64,000 bases of DNA. Origin: the human T2T-CHM13v2.0 reference genome, Homo sapiens. Shown here one piece after another: positions 1-15,519 of the stretch (the stretch's first letter is position 1; each line of letters starts with the position of its first letter). Under the pieces are notes generated by a model. The model did not search any database and was not told the origin of the DNA. It worked only from the letters and a program-made list of their open reading frames with translations. The position numbers and the translations under genes are program-made. The stretch lies in assembly GCF_009914755.1 (NCBI RefSeq), contig NC_060935.1. One strand, 5' to 3'.

Positions 1-1097
1 CTGGCAAGCCAGCTCACCTCCTTCTCTCCTTCATGTATCAGCTATAATTGAGAAAATGCTTTCCTGTCTTAAAAATGTATGGACACAGAAGATGAATGGA
101 GACTAAGAGCTAAATCCACTATTACTATTCTACTCGAACCTGCTCTTTATTTTCCTCGGAAACTAAATAATGGATCTAAACTGTTTGCTATTACTTTAAG
201 GAGCTGCTGATGCATCATAGAAATCTTTGAAAACATTCTCTTTAGATTCACGATTCTACTTCAAATACAGCCATTTTCTACCCTCTACCCTGTCCCTTAT
301 TATTATTATTATTTTTATTTTGCAAAATCTTTACAAGGGAAAGGAATCTTGCTTGGCCAGGAGTTTCAGCAAAGGTTTTTCTTTACCTTGACTGAGCCAG
401 GATATTGTCAATGATGTCAGAGCATGAACTCCACAGACACCTGTCTTATTACTAATTCTGGTGACTTTGGTGCTCTTCTAGCACTTATTACTTCCTGTAA
501 CATCTTCCCTTAGACGTGTGAGCACTGAGAAGAGAAGAAACTTAGCCAAGGTCATAGAGGAACCTGATGACAGAGTTAAAACTGTCCCCATCTCATCATT
601 TTGCTGCTGGACAGTGAAACCAAGGACTGATACTCCAAAAGAAAGGAAAAATTAAATTCATTAAAGGTCCATAACATAATTGCTTAATTACACAAGTTTG
701 CTGCTACTAAGGAACTTCCTGATCATTTATTCCAACTCCAGCTTATTGTAGGTGAAGAAGTAAGATTAGAAAGGAATTCAAGTGCCTGTCTAGCTCAAGG
801 TCATCTGGGTAGGTGATGATAGGACCAAGTCCAGACTCACACATCTCAGTTGAGGGCTTTTGTCTCCCCTCTATTTGTACTCATGATTTCTGCAGGAAAC
901 AGGAGGATTTAATCGGCTTACTTGATTATTTGGGTTATACATCTATTAAGCAATTGCTGTGCAAAGACCAATCCAGTGAAACAGATTGCACTGGTTCTAA
1001 TGACTATGGCACGTTAAGAAGGCATGGTCCCTGGCTCTTAAAGCTCAGAATGTGAGAGGCCACCAGGGCACACCCTTGTCTGTCCTCTACTCTCTAA

Positions 1098-1275
1098 AGC
1101 AGCAATTCTTAGTCATGAGCTCCTGTTCCAGCCACCACAGGACATTTTTTAAAAAATGCACCCTCCACCTTCGGCTTCTGGGTAAGAATTTCCATGGGGA
1201 GTCCTAAAGCATGTGCTTTCTGCACAACTTCCACTGGGGACTTTGAAGAAGCCCATTGTTAAGCGTCATAGTTCT
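1098..1275. mobile_element. MER5-like hAT-Charlie DNA transposon remnant
   Basis: Degenerate MER5-type ends (cagcaattctt... / ...gttaagcgtcatagttcta) with an internal 'catgtgctttctgcacaacttccac' motif; the Alu at 1276 inserted at its right end. Confidence 0.45.
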
Positions 1276-1584
1276 GGCCAGGCTTGGTGGCTCATGCCCA
1301 TAATCCCATCACTTTGGGAGGCCGAGGCAGGTGGATCGCCTGAGGTCAGGAGTTTGAGACCAGCCTGGTCAACATGGTGAAACCCTGTTTTTGCTAAAAA
1401 TACAAAAATTAGTCAGGTATGGCGGCACATACCTTTAATCTCAGCTATTCAGGAGGCTGAGGCATGAGAATCACTTATACCTCAGGGGAGGAGGAGGTTT
1501 CAGTGAGCCAAGATCATGCCACTGCACTCCAGCCTGGGTGACAGAGGGAGACTCTGTCTCAAAAATAAATAAATAAATAAATAA
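1276..1584 (+). mobile_element. AluS (Sx-like)
   Basis: ggccaggcttggtggctcatgcc start, two arms, (AAAT)n tail; TSD aagcgtcatagttct / aagggtcacagttct. Confidence 0.95.
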
Positions 1585-2719
1585 AAGGGTCACAGTTCTA
1601 AAGCCCCTGGTGATTGACAGTGATGTTGTAGGGAGGAATGGCATCTGGGTGGAGGCAGGGAGGTGGATAGAGTGAGTGAGTTTCTCCTGTAGTCTGGAGG
1701 AAATCCCCAGGGCAGGAGAAAGACTCACCATACTCACTTTTCTATTCTAACCTTGAAAATCTCCCAGATAATATGTCTGCAAGGATGTGGAACCACCAAG
1801 CTTACATGAAACATCATCCCTTGCAGCCAATTTAATCTCTTGGACCTCAGGGCTTCCAGAAGAAATAACAGGTGAAGACCAGACACAAGATGCTTGAGTA
1901 TTTCCAAAACCATGAGGCATAATGATGTGATCAATGTCAAAAGGTTAACACCTAAAGCATCCTCTGCTATTCACTGTTTCTCATTCTGGGCCTCACATTA
2001 GAAGATCTCTCTGAGTGGGAGGAAGCCCTGGGCATGCAGGGATGGTCAGCATGAGTCAAAGGCTATTTTGAGTTTCTAACCTCCAGGATAAAAGTCTCTT
2101 CCACAGAGAAAGCAAATTTCACCTAGTTTGCTCCTGGCTTTGTCTACAGGTCAGCAGTCTATTGTTACAAGACTCCAATCCAGCTCCTGGATAGCTAGAT
2201 GCAGTCAAGCTTCTCTCCTGAAAGTCTAATCATATGGTGTGGTCAAGCTCTGATCTGTAGGAATTCAGGCAAGAGGAAACCAGAGGCGTCCCTGAGCAGA
2301 GGCTTGATTTGTAGACCACTAAGATCTGCGTCCTCAGCTGGGCATCCTTGCCAGTGATCCTCTCAGTCCCTAGATTGGGCCTCACAGAAGGAGTGAGAGG
2401 GAGGAGGGAGGCACAGGGCTGCTGCAGCCAAAGGAAGCTATGGAAGCGTGTGGACATAGAGATCGTTGCCAGCCGTCATCAGGCTTCAGCTGTGAATCAG
2501 CAGTTCTTCTTGTGCTCCGTGAGGGAAGGCCTCACATTCTGTGAGACATAGAAAGCAGCCAGGTTTCTAAGTGGGCTTTTGCTGCAGGCCAGGCATCCTT
2601 GGAGGGGTCTGGAATGTCTGAGCTGGGGCTTCCTCTGGAGAAAATAGCAATAGCTAAACAACCACAGCCTCATTTTCAGGGCAAGTCATTGTCATGTGGC
2701 TTAAAAATTGGTGGGCTGT

Positions 2720-2906
2720 AGACCATGATTGACAACCAGACGCACACCGATCAGTTTGCTTTAAATAGAATTTAAAAACCCTTCATGTGGAGCATGTGTT
2801 TTGCAGTTTGCTCCAGTGCCCGGTTTACTATTGTGTTATACCCAGCTGAGTTCAATGTTTGTCTTATTGCCTGGGTCCTATTGTCAATTTGGAGTGTTTG
2901 ACCCCT
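2720..2906 (-). mobile_element. MER102-like hAT DNA transposon remnant
   Basis: ...cagtttgctccagtgccc...tattgtgttatacccagc...gcctgggtcctattgtcaatttggagtgtttgacccct resembles the reverse complement of the MER102 terminus. Confidence 0.5.
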
Positions 2907-2914
2907 TTACTATA

Positions 2915-3065
2915 TTTGTAATTCTGCACAATAACTCTAGGGGCAGGCATTACTATTCCCCTTTTCCAGTTGAAGAAGCTGAGGCTGGCAGAAAATACTT
3001 GATTCGATTGAGGTTACAAAACTGCTAAGCCTCAGAAGGCAGGACTCAAGCCTTTGACTGGCAAA
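2915..3065 (-). mobile_element. MIR fragment
   Basis: aattctgcacaataactctaggggcaggcattactattccccttttccagttgaagaagctgaggct core. Confidence 0.7.
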
Positions 3066-3283
3066 TGAAAAAAGCATTTATTTTTTCAGTATACATAAAC
3101 TGTAGGCTCTCTGGAATCGATTGCTCACCTCATCCCAGTCTCCCAATCTCTCCGTCCACTGACCCTCTTCTATACAGACAGCGTACATACACGATCTGAC
3201 GGCATCATTAGATCCGGAGCCACACTGGTACCTTTCTCTTTCTCCTCCTTTGACCTCAAGATGACTCAGAAACTAAGGGGGAA

Positions 3284-3660
3284 GATTTGCCTTTCCCTGA
3301 TAATTAGCAATGTTGCATGTCGTTTCATCTGTAAGCCATTTGTCTGTCTTCTTTGAAGAAATGTCTGTTCGGTTCTTTTGCCCATCTTTTAATTGGGCTG
3401 TTTGTTTTTTTTGCTATCGAGTTGTAGGGGTTCCTTCAAGATCCTTAAAACAGAGTAGAATAGTGGTTTTTCAGGGCTAGGGGAGGGAAAATGAGGAGTT
3501 GTTGTGAATGGATATAAAGTTACAGTTATGTAAGATGAATACGTTCTAGAGATCTGTTCTACGATATTGTGCCTAAACTTAGCAATACTGAATTGTGCAC
3601 GTAGAAATTTGTTAAGAGGGTAGATCTCAAGTTAAGTGTTCTTACCACAATTTCAGAAAA
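3284..3660 (+). mobile_element. Old L1MB-type 3' end with an inverted 5' segment
   Basis: 3284-3444 is antisense L1 ORF2 3' sequence; 3445-3660 is sense L1MB1/2-like 3' UTR ending gttcttaccacaat; candidate TSD aagggggaagat / aagggagaggaagat. Confidence 0.75.
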
Positions 3661-4722
3661 CAGGAAGGGAGAGGAAGATGAAATCAATAGAGGGTGATGA
3701 AATTAACACTACGTTTATTTTCCAGGATCCTCAGACAAGGTAGCAAAACCTGGAATTGTTTGGACTGGAATCTACACAGTCCTTACCCTGCTCGGTCTTG
3801 TTACTAAAGATTGAACCAGCCCTTGTGTCAAAAATTTGTCCTGGAAAAAATCAGTTGCACGTGGAGGAAATTAGATAGCTCAATTTACGTTTAAGTTTAG
3901 GCAGTCACCATGTGAGGATCTGTAAGTTCTGGGGGTGCTGTTGATGGTTTTAAAATCCTCCTCAATGGTGAAATTCACTTGTGTCTTCCCTTTGGAGCCC
4001 ACATCACCGTGATCTGTGTCAAGCAGACTAAGTCACCTGGCAGCAGGTAACGTGTGTTTCTGGCTGATGGAAATTGCTGGGTTTGCCTTCCACTGAGAAA
4101 AAGCTGTTGGGCCCAAATTACTTTCTGCACAAGTTTGAATGAGTGACCCTGTCATCCTGACCCTTCAGGCTAACGTAGCTCAAAGGTTTAACCTTCCTCA
4201 TCATCCCTGCAAAGTGTTTTCTGTGATGAAAGAAGAAAACATGTTTACTTTCCTTTGAGAACCATTCTTTTTTCCATATTGAAGGCTGAGGGTCATTTTC
4301 TGGACGGCAGTGAAGCATGGGAAGGTTTAATAGTCACCAGGATGAGGTCGGCCGGAGACCAGGAAAGGTTTGCCGTGGAACCATGTCAGATCTGGAAGAG
4401 GGTGTTGCCCTCTCTTGTCTCTATGGTTGAATTCAAACTTTGAAGGACTTATGCACAGTGACATTAGATAGGAATGTTACTTCACGAACAGATTTTCTGT
4501 TCATCCATTGACAAATTACACACCCAAACCAGCCTGATTTTCTTCTGTGCAGCCTTAAGACTGATGTGGGGCCACTCCCTTTCAACAGTGTGCTTTGGTG
4601 ATTCTGGTGGTGATATTGAAAGCAGCAATGAGCGCCCTGGAGTGGCGGAGGTGTCAACACTGCTGGCCTTCTGGGTGTTTCACAGCTTGTCCTTCCTGCC
4701 TGATCCAGGCCTCACTGATGAC

Positions 4723-5028
<306 letters not shown>

Positions 5029-5529
5029 ACTGATGACTCTTTTTAGAAACTCTGGCTGTGCCCAGGAGAGGGGCTCATCCAGGGAGTGGACTGATTATCA
5101 AGGAGGGTTGGGCTGGCTGGGGGATATACCACCAAGAAGAGTGATGGAAAGATGCCCACCTGAAAGGAGGATTGGATGTGAAAATGAAGACCGGGAACCA
5201 GAAACAGGTTGGCACCAAGGGTTGACCTGAGGTTGGGGTTGAATTTGGATGACAAGTCATGGTCAAAAATAAAAACATATATTTATTTGAGATTTAGAAC
5301 CAAAAAATAAGTCTGATGAGAGAGCATGGTGATTGGGTGGAGGGTGATGGAAGGATGTGTTTGTTTGGCACCTAGTGATCCATTATTTAGCTGTAGCTGC
5401 CATTCGTTTGATGTAGTTTCCACCTCTTCTCTCTCCATGCTTTTTCCCCTCCTCTCAACCACCCTGCCTCTCACCATCTGCTCTTCCTTCACATTCTCTG
5501 TTCTCTCTTTCGAGAACATTCTAACCCCA

Positions 5530-5850
5530 ACCTCATCACTTGGCTAATGATTGATTCTTCACTTCAGGCACTAGTCTAAATGTCACTTCCTGCAGGAAGC
5601 CTTCCCTGACCACTGTTTCCTCCTCAGTTTCGGCTCCATGCTTCCTCCATGTGCCCTCACAGCTGCTGTACTTACTTGTTCCAGCATCTATCACTCCTCT
5701 TTACAATTGCTTATTCACTGTTATTCTCCCCCATAGACTGGAAGGGCCAAGAGCAGGCACCATGTCTATATTGCTATTCCTGTGGTCCCCAATACCTAGC
5801 AAAGTAAATGCCCTCAGTAAACAGAAAATAAAATGTCATTTATTCATACG
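5530..5850 (+). mobile_element. L2 3' end fragment
   Basis: aaatgtcacttcctgcaggaagccttccctgacc ... tagactggaagggccaagagcaggcaccatgtc. Confidence 0.7.
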
Positions 5851-6967
5851 AGGCAGTTTTTCTCTCCTTTCCTGAAGAGGGAGTCAAACATGCTTTCTGA
5901 GAAGAAAGATCAAGGTTAGCACTGTAAATGATCATTCTATGGCCCAAATGAGTTAGTTTTGTCTCCTGGACAGTCCGTGGATGCTAGAACCTCTGTGTCC
6001 TAGCATCTTTCTCTCTGTCTCCATAGGCTATTTTCTTGCACAGAGTCCCTCAGTACAGTACTGGACCTACGGCAGGTACTCAATAAAAAAGCATTATCAG
6101 ATTGCAACGGTTAGCTGTCAGAGAGGAGGGAGTATTTCTTCTTACAAGATAAAACAATTTGCTTCAAACTTGTCTGAGTGTTGGAGATCAGACAAGACTC
6201 TTTTTAAAAATGGGAAAATGGGACTGTACTAGGTCTTGCCCTCTTTCTTTGCCTACAGAAGATGAAGCAGGCATTTCATTCAGTTAGAGATGCTGTCTGT
6301 AGCAAATAACCCTTGGGATCTGAGAGGGATTATTTGGCCACTGGAGGGCTCTTACATTTTTCCAGGTAATGCAATTGAAACCGTATTCAGAATGACTGGA
6401 TAATTAATGCCACATTGTACAAAGTGTACACCACTGTTCCCATCACAATTTTTTAAAAATGCATAATTTCAAGAAGACCAGACTTAATTTACTGTGTGTT
6501 TTGCTTTTTCAACAAAAACATGAGATGAATAATTTCCCCACGTCATTGCTTTAAATAGGGCATCTGTTAACATGGATTATTATGGATGTAATGCTAACAT
6601 GATTAGGCTCGGACACTCACCCAAAAAACTAATTTTTTTAAAGGGATGACTCATGAAAAAAATGAGATCAAGATTAAGGAAGAAAAAATGCTAAGAATAA
6701 ATTTGATAAGGGCTAGAAGTTATAAGTATTTCAGAGTCAGAGGATGGTACCATTTGTCCAACAATGTTTACCACCTGCTAGGTGTTGAGCACTGTGCTAG
6801 CTACTGGGTAAGCAAATGACAGTAATAATTAATAATAACCATAACAATAGTAATGATGACAGCCTAGTCCACTGAGGGCCAGGACTTGGTCTTGTTCACC
6901 ACTAAACCCCGAACTTTAAATCGGAGCCTGGCATGTAGTAGATATGCAATAATATTAAATATATAAG

Positions 6968-7178
6968 CAGTGTTTACTGAACCCCTTATATATGCTTTGG
7001 TTATAAGAACTTGACATGTGTGCTATCATTGCTAATCTTCACAAAAATATTAAAAACTTAATAATAGTACTATCCTTATTTTACAAATGAAGAAACTGGG
7101 GCTAAGCGAAATTAATTAGTTTGCTTGAGGTCACTAGAGATGGAATTCATACCCAACTTTATCTGATATTAAGTCTGA
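6968..7178 (-). mobile_element. MIR (preceded by an L2 3' end at ~6870-6960)
   Basis: tatccttattttacaaatgaagaaactggggct core. Confidence 0.75.
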
Positions 7179-7200
7179 GAAAAAAAAAATATGTGCTTCC

Positions 7201-7524
7201 AGGGATAGGGAGAGGTTGGTTAATGGATGCAAAATTACAGTTAGATGGGAGGAATGTGTTCTGGTGTTCTGCAGCACTGTAGGGTGACTACAGTTAACCA
7301 TAGGTTATTACATAGTTTTAAATAGCTAGAAGAACAAATTCCGAATGTTCTCAACACAAAGAAATCATAAATGTTAGAGGTGATGTGTATGCTCATTACT
7401 CTGATTTGAGCATTGCAGTTTGTATACATGTATCGCAATAGCAATCTGTACCCCATAATATGTACAATTACTGTGTCAATTAGAAATCAACAAAAAAAGT
7501 TTTTAAAAATGTAAAAAAATTAAA
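7201..7524 (+). mobile_element. L1MA4/5-type 3' UTR fragment
   Basis: gagaggttggttaatggatgcaaaattacagttagat...tgtacaattactgtgtcaatt plus A-tail; TSD aaaatatgtgcttcc / aaaatatgtgtgtcc. Confidence 0.8.
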
Positions 7525-7914
7525 AAATAAAATATGTGTGTCCAATAATTAAGCTACACTCTATGAAGACAATATTCTTGTGATCCGGGCATTCACAACT
7601 ACTACCAGGAATCAATGTGCAAGCAAGTAGCCAAAATAAAAGTAATATAATTGGAGAAAGACACTTCTGCTGTATCACTTGTCTGCCTAGAGAATTCTGG
7701 ACAGGCTTCATGTCAGAGTTAAAATCGGATTTGGTTGGTGAAGATGATATGAAGAAGAGCTGCAGCTCATCACCCAAAGACCCATTGCATGGGTGAGATG
7801 TAAACTTCGGTTGCCATGGACTTTCTGGAATCATTTGTTGCGACCTATCTTATTCTCACCGCTGCACCATGATGACTTTAAACTTCTTTCAAGTGGAATA
7901 AAGAGTAATTATAT

Positions 7915-8952
7915 ATACTTTTTACTTTTTTAAAGTAAAATAGGTATGTATATATATACATATTGAAAAGTGCACATATAAGAAAGTGTACAGCTCAATG
8001 AATTTTCATAAACTTAATATACTCACTCACATAGAATAAAAACCAGAATTTGAATCTGCATCTCAGTAGCCCCTCTTGTGTCCTTATATTTGTTGGGAAT
8101 GCTATAAAAGTTATCAAAACTGGGTGGCTTAAAACAAAAGAAGTTTATTCTCTCCCAGTTCTGGAGGGCAGAAGGGTAAAACAAAGTTGCTATCAAGGTT
8201 GGTTCTTTCTGGAGGCACTGAGGGAGGATCTGTTCTGTGCCTCTCTCCTGGCTTCCTGTGATTTTCAGTAATTCTTGGCATTGCTTGACTTGTGGATGCG
8301 CCACTCCAGTCTTTGCCTCCATCTTCACATGGTCTTCCTTCTGCATGGCTCAGATCGCCCTCTCCTTTCTCTTCTAAGGAGACCAGTCATTAGATTTAGG
8401 GCCCACCCTAAATCCAGAATGATCTCGTCTTTAGATCCTTAACTTAATTGCATGCTTAGAAACCATATTTCCTAATAATCTCAAATTCACAAATATTGAG
8501 AAATGTAACTCACCACAGACCCCTTCTAATTACCACCTTCTGCAAGGGTAATGCTGCCCCATTTCACCTGTTTCTCTACTTCATACAAATGGAATTATAC
8601 AGTTTGTAATATTTTGCATTTGTCTTTTCTCTCTTCAAAATTATTATTTGTGAGATTCATTTAGATTGTTGCATATAGCTCTAGAAAATTTATTGTCATT
8701 GCTGTATAGTATTGTGTGAGTATAACACAATTTATCCCTAATGTATCCATTACACAGTTACGGGCATTTAGGAAGTTTTCAGTTTGGTGCTACTACAAAT
8801 AGTGCTGTTCTGAAGAGCTCTGTACGTTTTTTAGGTGAGCTTGTGAGAGGATTTATGTTGGGTATATATTCAAAGAGAAATTGTAAGGTCAGAGGGTATT
8901 CATATGATCGGCTTTGGGGGAACTGCCAAACAGTGCTCCAATGTGATTATAT
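7915..8952 (-). mobile_element. L1ME-type 3' fragment interrupted by an MLT1 LTR
   Basis: aaagtgtacagctcaatgaattttcataaac... resumes after 8517 with tacaaatggaattatacag...gagattcatttagattgttgcatatagc. Confidence 0.7.
8078..8517 (-). mobile_element. MLT1B/C-type MaLR solo LTR
   Basis: aaactgggtggcttaaaacaaaagaagtttattctctcccagttctggagg...ccagtcattagatttagggcccaccct. Confidence 0.8.
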
Positions 8953-9266
8953 AAGACACTGGAAGGTTTTAAACAGAGGAGCAGAGTGATCTGACTTATG
9001 TATTTAAAAGATCACTGGCTGCAGAGATACAATGGCACAGAGGTTTAGCTTCAACATAACATTCACAAAGGAAAGTAGTAGCATACAAATCTAAAGGAAA
9101 GCTGGGGTCAGAGTGTGAAGGGTTTTCTAACTCAGCCTAGAAGTGTGGGCTCCTTTTGTTAGGAAAAAAAAGATGGTGTTTAAAAGTATAAGAATGATGT
9201 TATTCATATCCATATAAGATGGATGGGAGCCAGTTAGAATAAATTACACCTTGAGGGAGATGTTGA

Positions 9267-9724
<458 letters not shown>

Positions 9725-10329
9725 TACAACCTCTTCAGAACATTTATCCGGGATAGTGAAATCGAAAGAGGACTCAACTTGTCGTTCTTATGCCAACGTG
9801 CTGAGTGTGGCATGGTTGAGGTTTGAACGTGTGCTGTTGTGGCCATATTTACCAAACAATTTCCCTCTGGGGCAATAAGGAGCTTTGTGCCACCAACATG
9901 TCCATCTGATGGCATTGCATAGAGAGCCCTAAGGCTATGTGGAAACGTACTGTCACCTCTGTATTCCTAAATATCAGGAAGGAGATAAAAATTAATATAG
10001 ATTCATTTGACTAACATTTACTAAGAACCCACCGTAAAACACAATATCTCAGCAAAGTGTTAATTTGCTGAGATTTTGTTAATTCCCTTAACAAAAACAT
10101 GTTAACAGAATCTAGAAGGTTCAGAGAAGGAAGCACTTGATCTTCCTGTGGGTGTCAGGGAGGGTGATAGTGGAGAACAGCTCAAATGGGTTTTGATAGA
10201 TGAGTAGGAGTTCTTAGAAGGAGAAAGGGCTGGAAGACTGAGGCTAGAGAGTGGCTCTGGGCAAAGGGCAGAAGGAGGGAGATCATTCCCAGCATAGGAA
10301 ACAGCATGTGTAGATATTACAGAATGAAA

Positions 10330-10560
10330 AATAATAGCTGAAAAGTGTGGTGCTCTTACTGTGTGCCAAGCCCTGCGCTAATTCATTCTAGAGTTACTCA
10401 TTGAATCTTCTCCACAACCTATCAAAGCAGGTATACTTATATTTTCTTTTTAGAGATGAAAAAGTGGAGGCCTAAAAAGGTCAAGCTACTCAACCCAAGG
10501 ACACACAGCTCCTGGAAGACTGAGCAAGATTCTGACCCTAGGGCTGAGGCCTCCAGCCAC
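10330..10560 (-). mobile_element. MIR (L2 fragment immediately upstream, ~10000-10320)
   Basis: aataatagctg...tactgtgtgccaagccctgcgcta...ttttagagatgaaaaagtggaggcct. Confidence 0.7.
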
Positions 10561-11601
10561 TGTGAGCTCCCCTGCCCTGAGAAGGTGGGTAGAATTAGCA
10601 TGGACACTAATGCAGGCAGCTTGCAGCTTGCTCACAATGAAATCAGGGCAGGTAAATGCTTCATCCTTAGCCATGATGGCTGCAGCAGATTGTTTTCCAA
10701 AATCCTCTTATAGCCCATGCCCAGAGAAATAGAAATGCCACTTTAAGACTTTAAAAAATGCTGGTGACATTTACCTATGTTGATACATCAGAATAAAAAT
10801 AGCCCCTCGTGACCTCCTCATTTAACCCCTTCTCTTTAACTCAACATCTCTCACTTTTGCCTCTGCTTCATTTTCCCCCCTTTGAAGATGCGTCAGGTCT
10901 CAAGTTCAGCTTAATTCAACTGCTAGATGTATTATTCATTTCTACGCTTTAATGATGTGATAAGGTTTCTGGAAATAGGAAAAGGCTCATTAAACTGTCA
11001 TTTGAATATAGATCACACCTAAATTCTAAGGAAGACAAAGTCTGCCAGCCAGGGATGCATTTTCTTTCCCAACACAGCTCTCTATAAACTGAGAAGGCAG
11101 AAAGAAGCATTTCAAAGAAGAGATCCCCCAGATTAATATGTATTCTTGGTTTACTCTGTAATTAATGATAACTCACAAACAGAATGAAGGATTCAGAGAG
11201 ACAGAGAATGAATACTGGCCAAATGAAGAAGGGATCTGGGATGTCAAACACGGTGAGGTGTGTGTTTTGTTCCTCTCTGTGATCACTGGTTTGATCAGGC
11301 AGGCTCTGTTTGAGGTAGAGGAGTATGTAGGGATTTTAATTTGACTCGCATGGTTTAGAACAGAACATCATCTCTGCCTGCAGAAATTGATTTGAAAATA
11401 CAACATCTTGCTTGCAGATTTCCTTCTCTGTTTGCCTTCAGGTTTGAGAAGAAGCTAGAAAATGCAGAAGTGCAAGGGAGGGATTCAGGGCCAGATGCTG
11501 GAGAATCTGGCAATATGCCCACCTATTTCTCCAATTCTCAATCCCTAGATGAATGACCTGAACATACTAAGAGTTAGCCTCTTAGTACATTGCAATATTA
11601 A

Positions 11602-11960
<359 letters not shown>

Positions 11961-12057
11961 TGGTATGTGTAAGTTTTTAACACATGTGTAGACCCTGGTC
12001 TATGCAAGCAGCATATATTTTCTCATTTATTTCTTACCACAACCTTTTGAGATAAGT

Positions 12058-12713
12058 CAGAGTTGCCCTTAGATTCCAACAACAGAGGACCCCACCTGCA
12101 CTCTCCACTCCAGCTGGCCTGTGTGCCTGCCTCCAGCTGTGTCCTTTTCCAAGGGTATGAAGGGGATGAAGCTGCTTCATGGGGCCAAGAGGACATACCC
12201 ACCAGGTGCCTGGCACCCTGGAGTTCCATTTTCTAACATCCCCAAGCCCAGTCCAGGTTCTGAGCAGTCCTCTTACCTGGGTTCATCCTGATGGTTGACT
12301 GTGTCCATAGCATGATCTTAGGTCCTTAGGCCAAGGGCTGGCCATCTGTGTGGCTTATGGACAGAAAGTTTCATATGGGCTGGACTGTCAGCAACTGGCT
12401 TGCATGACTTGTGATATGGGATGGAGCTGGGGTGGGGAGAAAAGGGTAGGACAGTGAGCTATGGGCAAAAGCCTGGGGTGCTTTCCCTACCCCATCATAT
12501 TTCGAGAGGAACTCCATGGGGTGCAAGAATGCTGAACTCAAACCTTATGCTTCCAGGTCATTTTTAATGTGTATTTGTCAAGGTGGAAGATAGAGCATGT
12601 TTTATTTAGTGCTTTGTTGGCTTGATTTCTACTTTTGAGTGTTTTGACATGTGATGCATGGGCTGCCATTTGTACTCGTTCTCTAGGCCCTAAAAATATT
12701 GAGGGTGGACCTG
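12058..12713 (-). mobile_element. MER115-like (hAT-Tip100) DNA transposon inserted in a MIR
   Basis: Right end gggctgccatttgtactcgttctctaggccctaaaaatattgagggtggacctg resembles the MER115 terminus; MIR sequence on both sides (12020-12057 and 12715-12830). Confidence 0.6.
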
Positions 12714-13179
12714 ATGTAGAGATATCAATACCTATATTTTACATATGGGAAAATAGGGAGTTCGATCAGTTGCTAGTAAGTGCTGAAGTCAGAATTCAAA
12801 TTCAGACAGTCATATTCCAGGGTCTACACTATCCATCAGTTTCTGGTACTTCCTCCTATGGGAGACACCGTGGGGAGGTGTCCATTCAAGTCAGCTAATA
12901 TCATGGTGGGATTAGAGCAATTAGACAGACACGGACCAGCTTTGGTGAGGAACCTTTCCCTCCTGTTATGTTCTTAGGAGAAGTGTAATGGAGCCTCATA
13001 GCCTCTGATAGGATGAGTGGACTGTGTCTGTGAGTGGAAGCTGGGGAGAGAAACCAGAGGCACTGGGAATAAGAAACCCTGTTTGAAACACCTTATCAGT
13101 AACCTTGTCAAATGTGTTTAATTTGAGTTTAATCAGGAGGAAATAGATCAAACAAATCAGACAACTCTAAAGTGGAGGA

Positions 13180-14168
<989 letters not shown>

Positions 14169-15079
14169 AGAGACATTCTTCTATAAAACAACTGGTTGGG
14201 ACTCTTCAAAAAATCATTATCGTAAAAAACAACAAACATAAAGGTAGGAAGACGATTTTAGTTTAAGGGTGTTTAAAAAGCAAACAAATAGCAACAAAGA
14301 ACAACAACACCACAACCCCTCTGGGCTGGCAATGGTCTATGAAGTTTTCTCAGACTGAGTTTTGGAAACTTAACATTTGTTTTCCTTCCTTTTGTGTTGA
14401 GATCTTGCAGAGATCTCTGCCCTGTGTTTTGAGCTGAGTAGGCACCATGGCTTTGGCCCTGTACAGTGTCTCACTGTGGATAGGGATAGTTACATAAAAA
14501 TAATCGCACTGTCTCTTAGCTCTAGAGAAATGCCCTCTATCTCCTGGCAGTGGCTGGAGGGCCAGGACTTAATGGATGTTGTGGGTCGTAAAAATGAACG
14601 TTAATGGCCCGCACCCAGCCTCCTCTCCCACAGCTCTGAAGCTTTGGGGGTGGCAGCATGAACAGCTTTGACAAATTTGTAGTATTAGAACAACACATTT
14701 GGACAAGGACGATACTATTGCAAGGAGGAATTTGTGCTCAGTAGGCCCTAGATGAAGTTTGTCTGGAGACTCTAGCTTGTCATTCCCTGACATATACAAA
14801 CCTACTCCCTGCCTAGCCTACTGGGTCTTTGAATGAAAGAAAAAATACCTGAAAATTGAATTCATATTAAGACATGAGTGATCCCGATACAGGATTTTGG
14901 CATTTAAAAAAGACAGCTGGGTGAGTCCAATGCTTAACCCACATGAAAATATTTCTAAGGGCAGAATTTTAGTCTTTGTAGCACCTCGATATTGGAAGTC
15001 AATTTTAAGATCCCTAGAGAGATCTAATTATTGTATTTACAGGGATGGTCTATTAGATGAATTGCCAAACACTCACTCA

Positions 15080-15148
15080 TGTGTGTGTGCACACATACAT
15101 ACACTCAAAACACACACACACACACGCACACACACACATACACACACA
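15080..15148. repeat. Imperfect (TG)n/(CA)n microsatellite
   Basis: Direct reading. Confidence 0.9.
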
Positions 15149-15519
15149 GAAAACACCAGAAGGGCTGTGTGGCAAACACATTAATTGGGACAGTGAGATA
15201 TCCAAATAGACCACAGTGGTAGAGATGCATTTAGAAGGGTAGCTGGAGTCAAGGTGAAAAAGAAAGGAGTGAGCAGGAGGAATTTAGGGTGGAAAGGTTC
15301 AGGATGCCAAGTAGCCAGGCTCAAAGCTGGTGTCCTAATCAAGGCTATAGCTGGCAGGTGCTGAAATCGAAATAGCAGGGGGGAAGAACAATGAGAGAGC
15401 GATTCCCCCTCCCATTACTGCCAGACAGGATGGTGGGTCCTGATAGGCCACGCTGTTGTGCTGGTAGAGGGAGAGGAAAGGGATGAGGACTGTTCCAGAT
15501 GATGATGAAGAAGATGATA

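Noticed and set aside
813-1055. 80-aa ORF with a possible acceptor near 894 and donor near 1052
   Set aside because: Its second half reads as an antisense L2 3' end (gcatggtccctggctcttaaagctcag); no recognisable protein similarity
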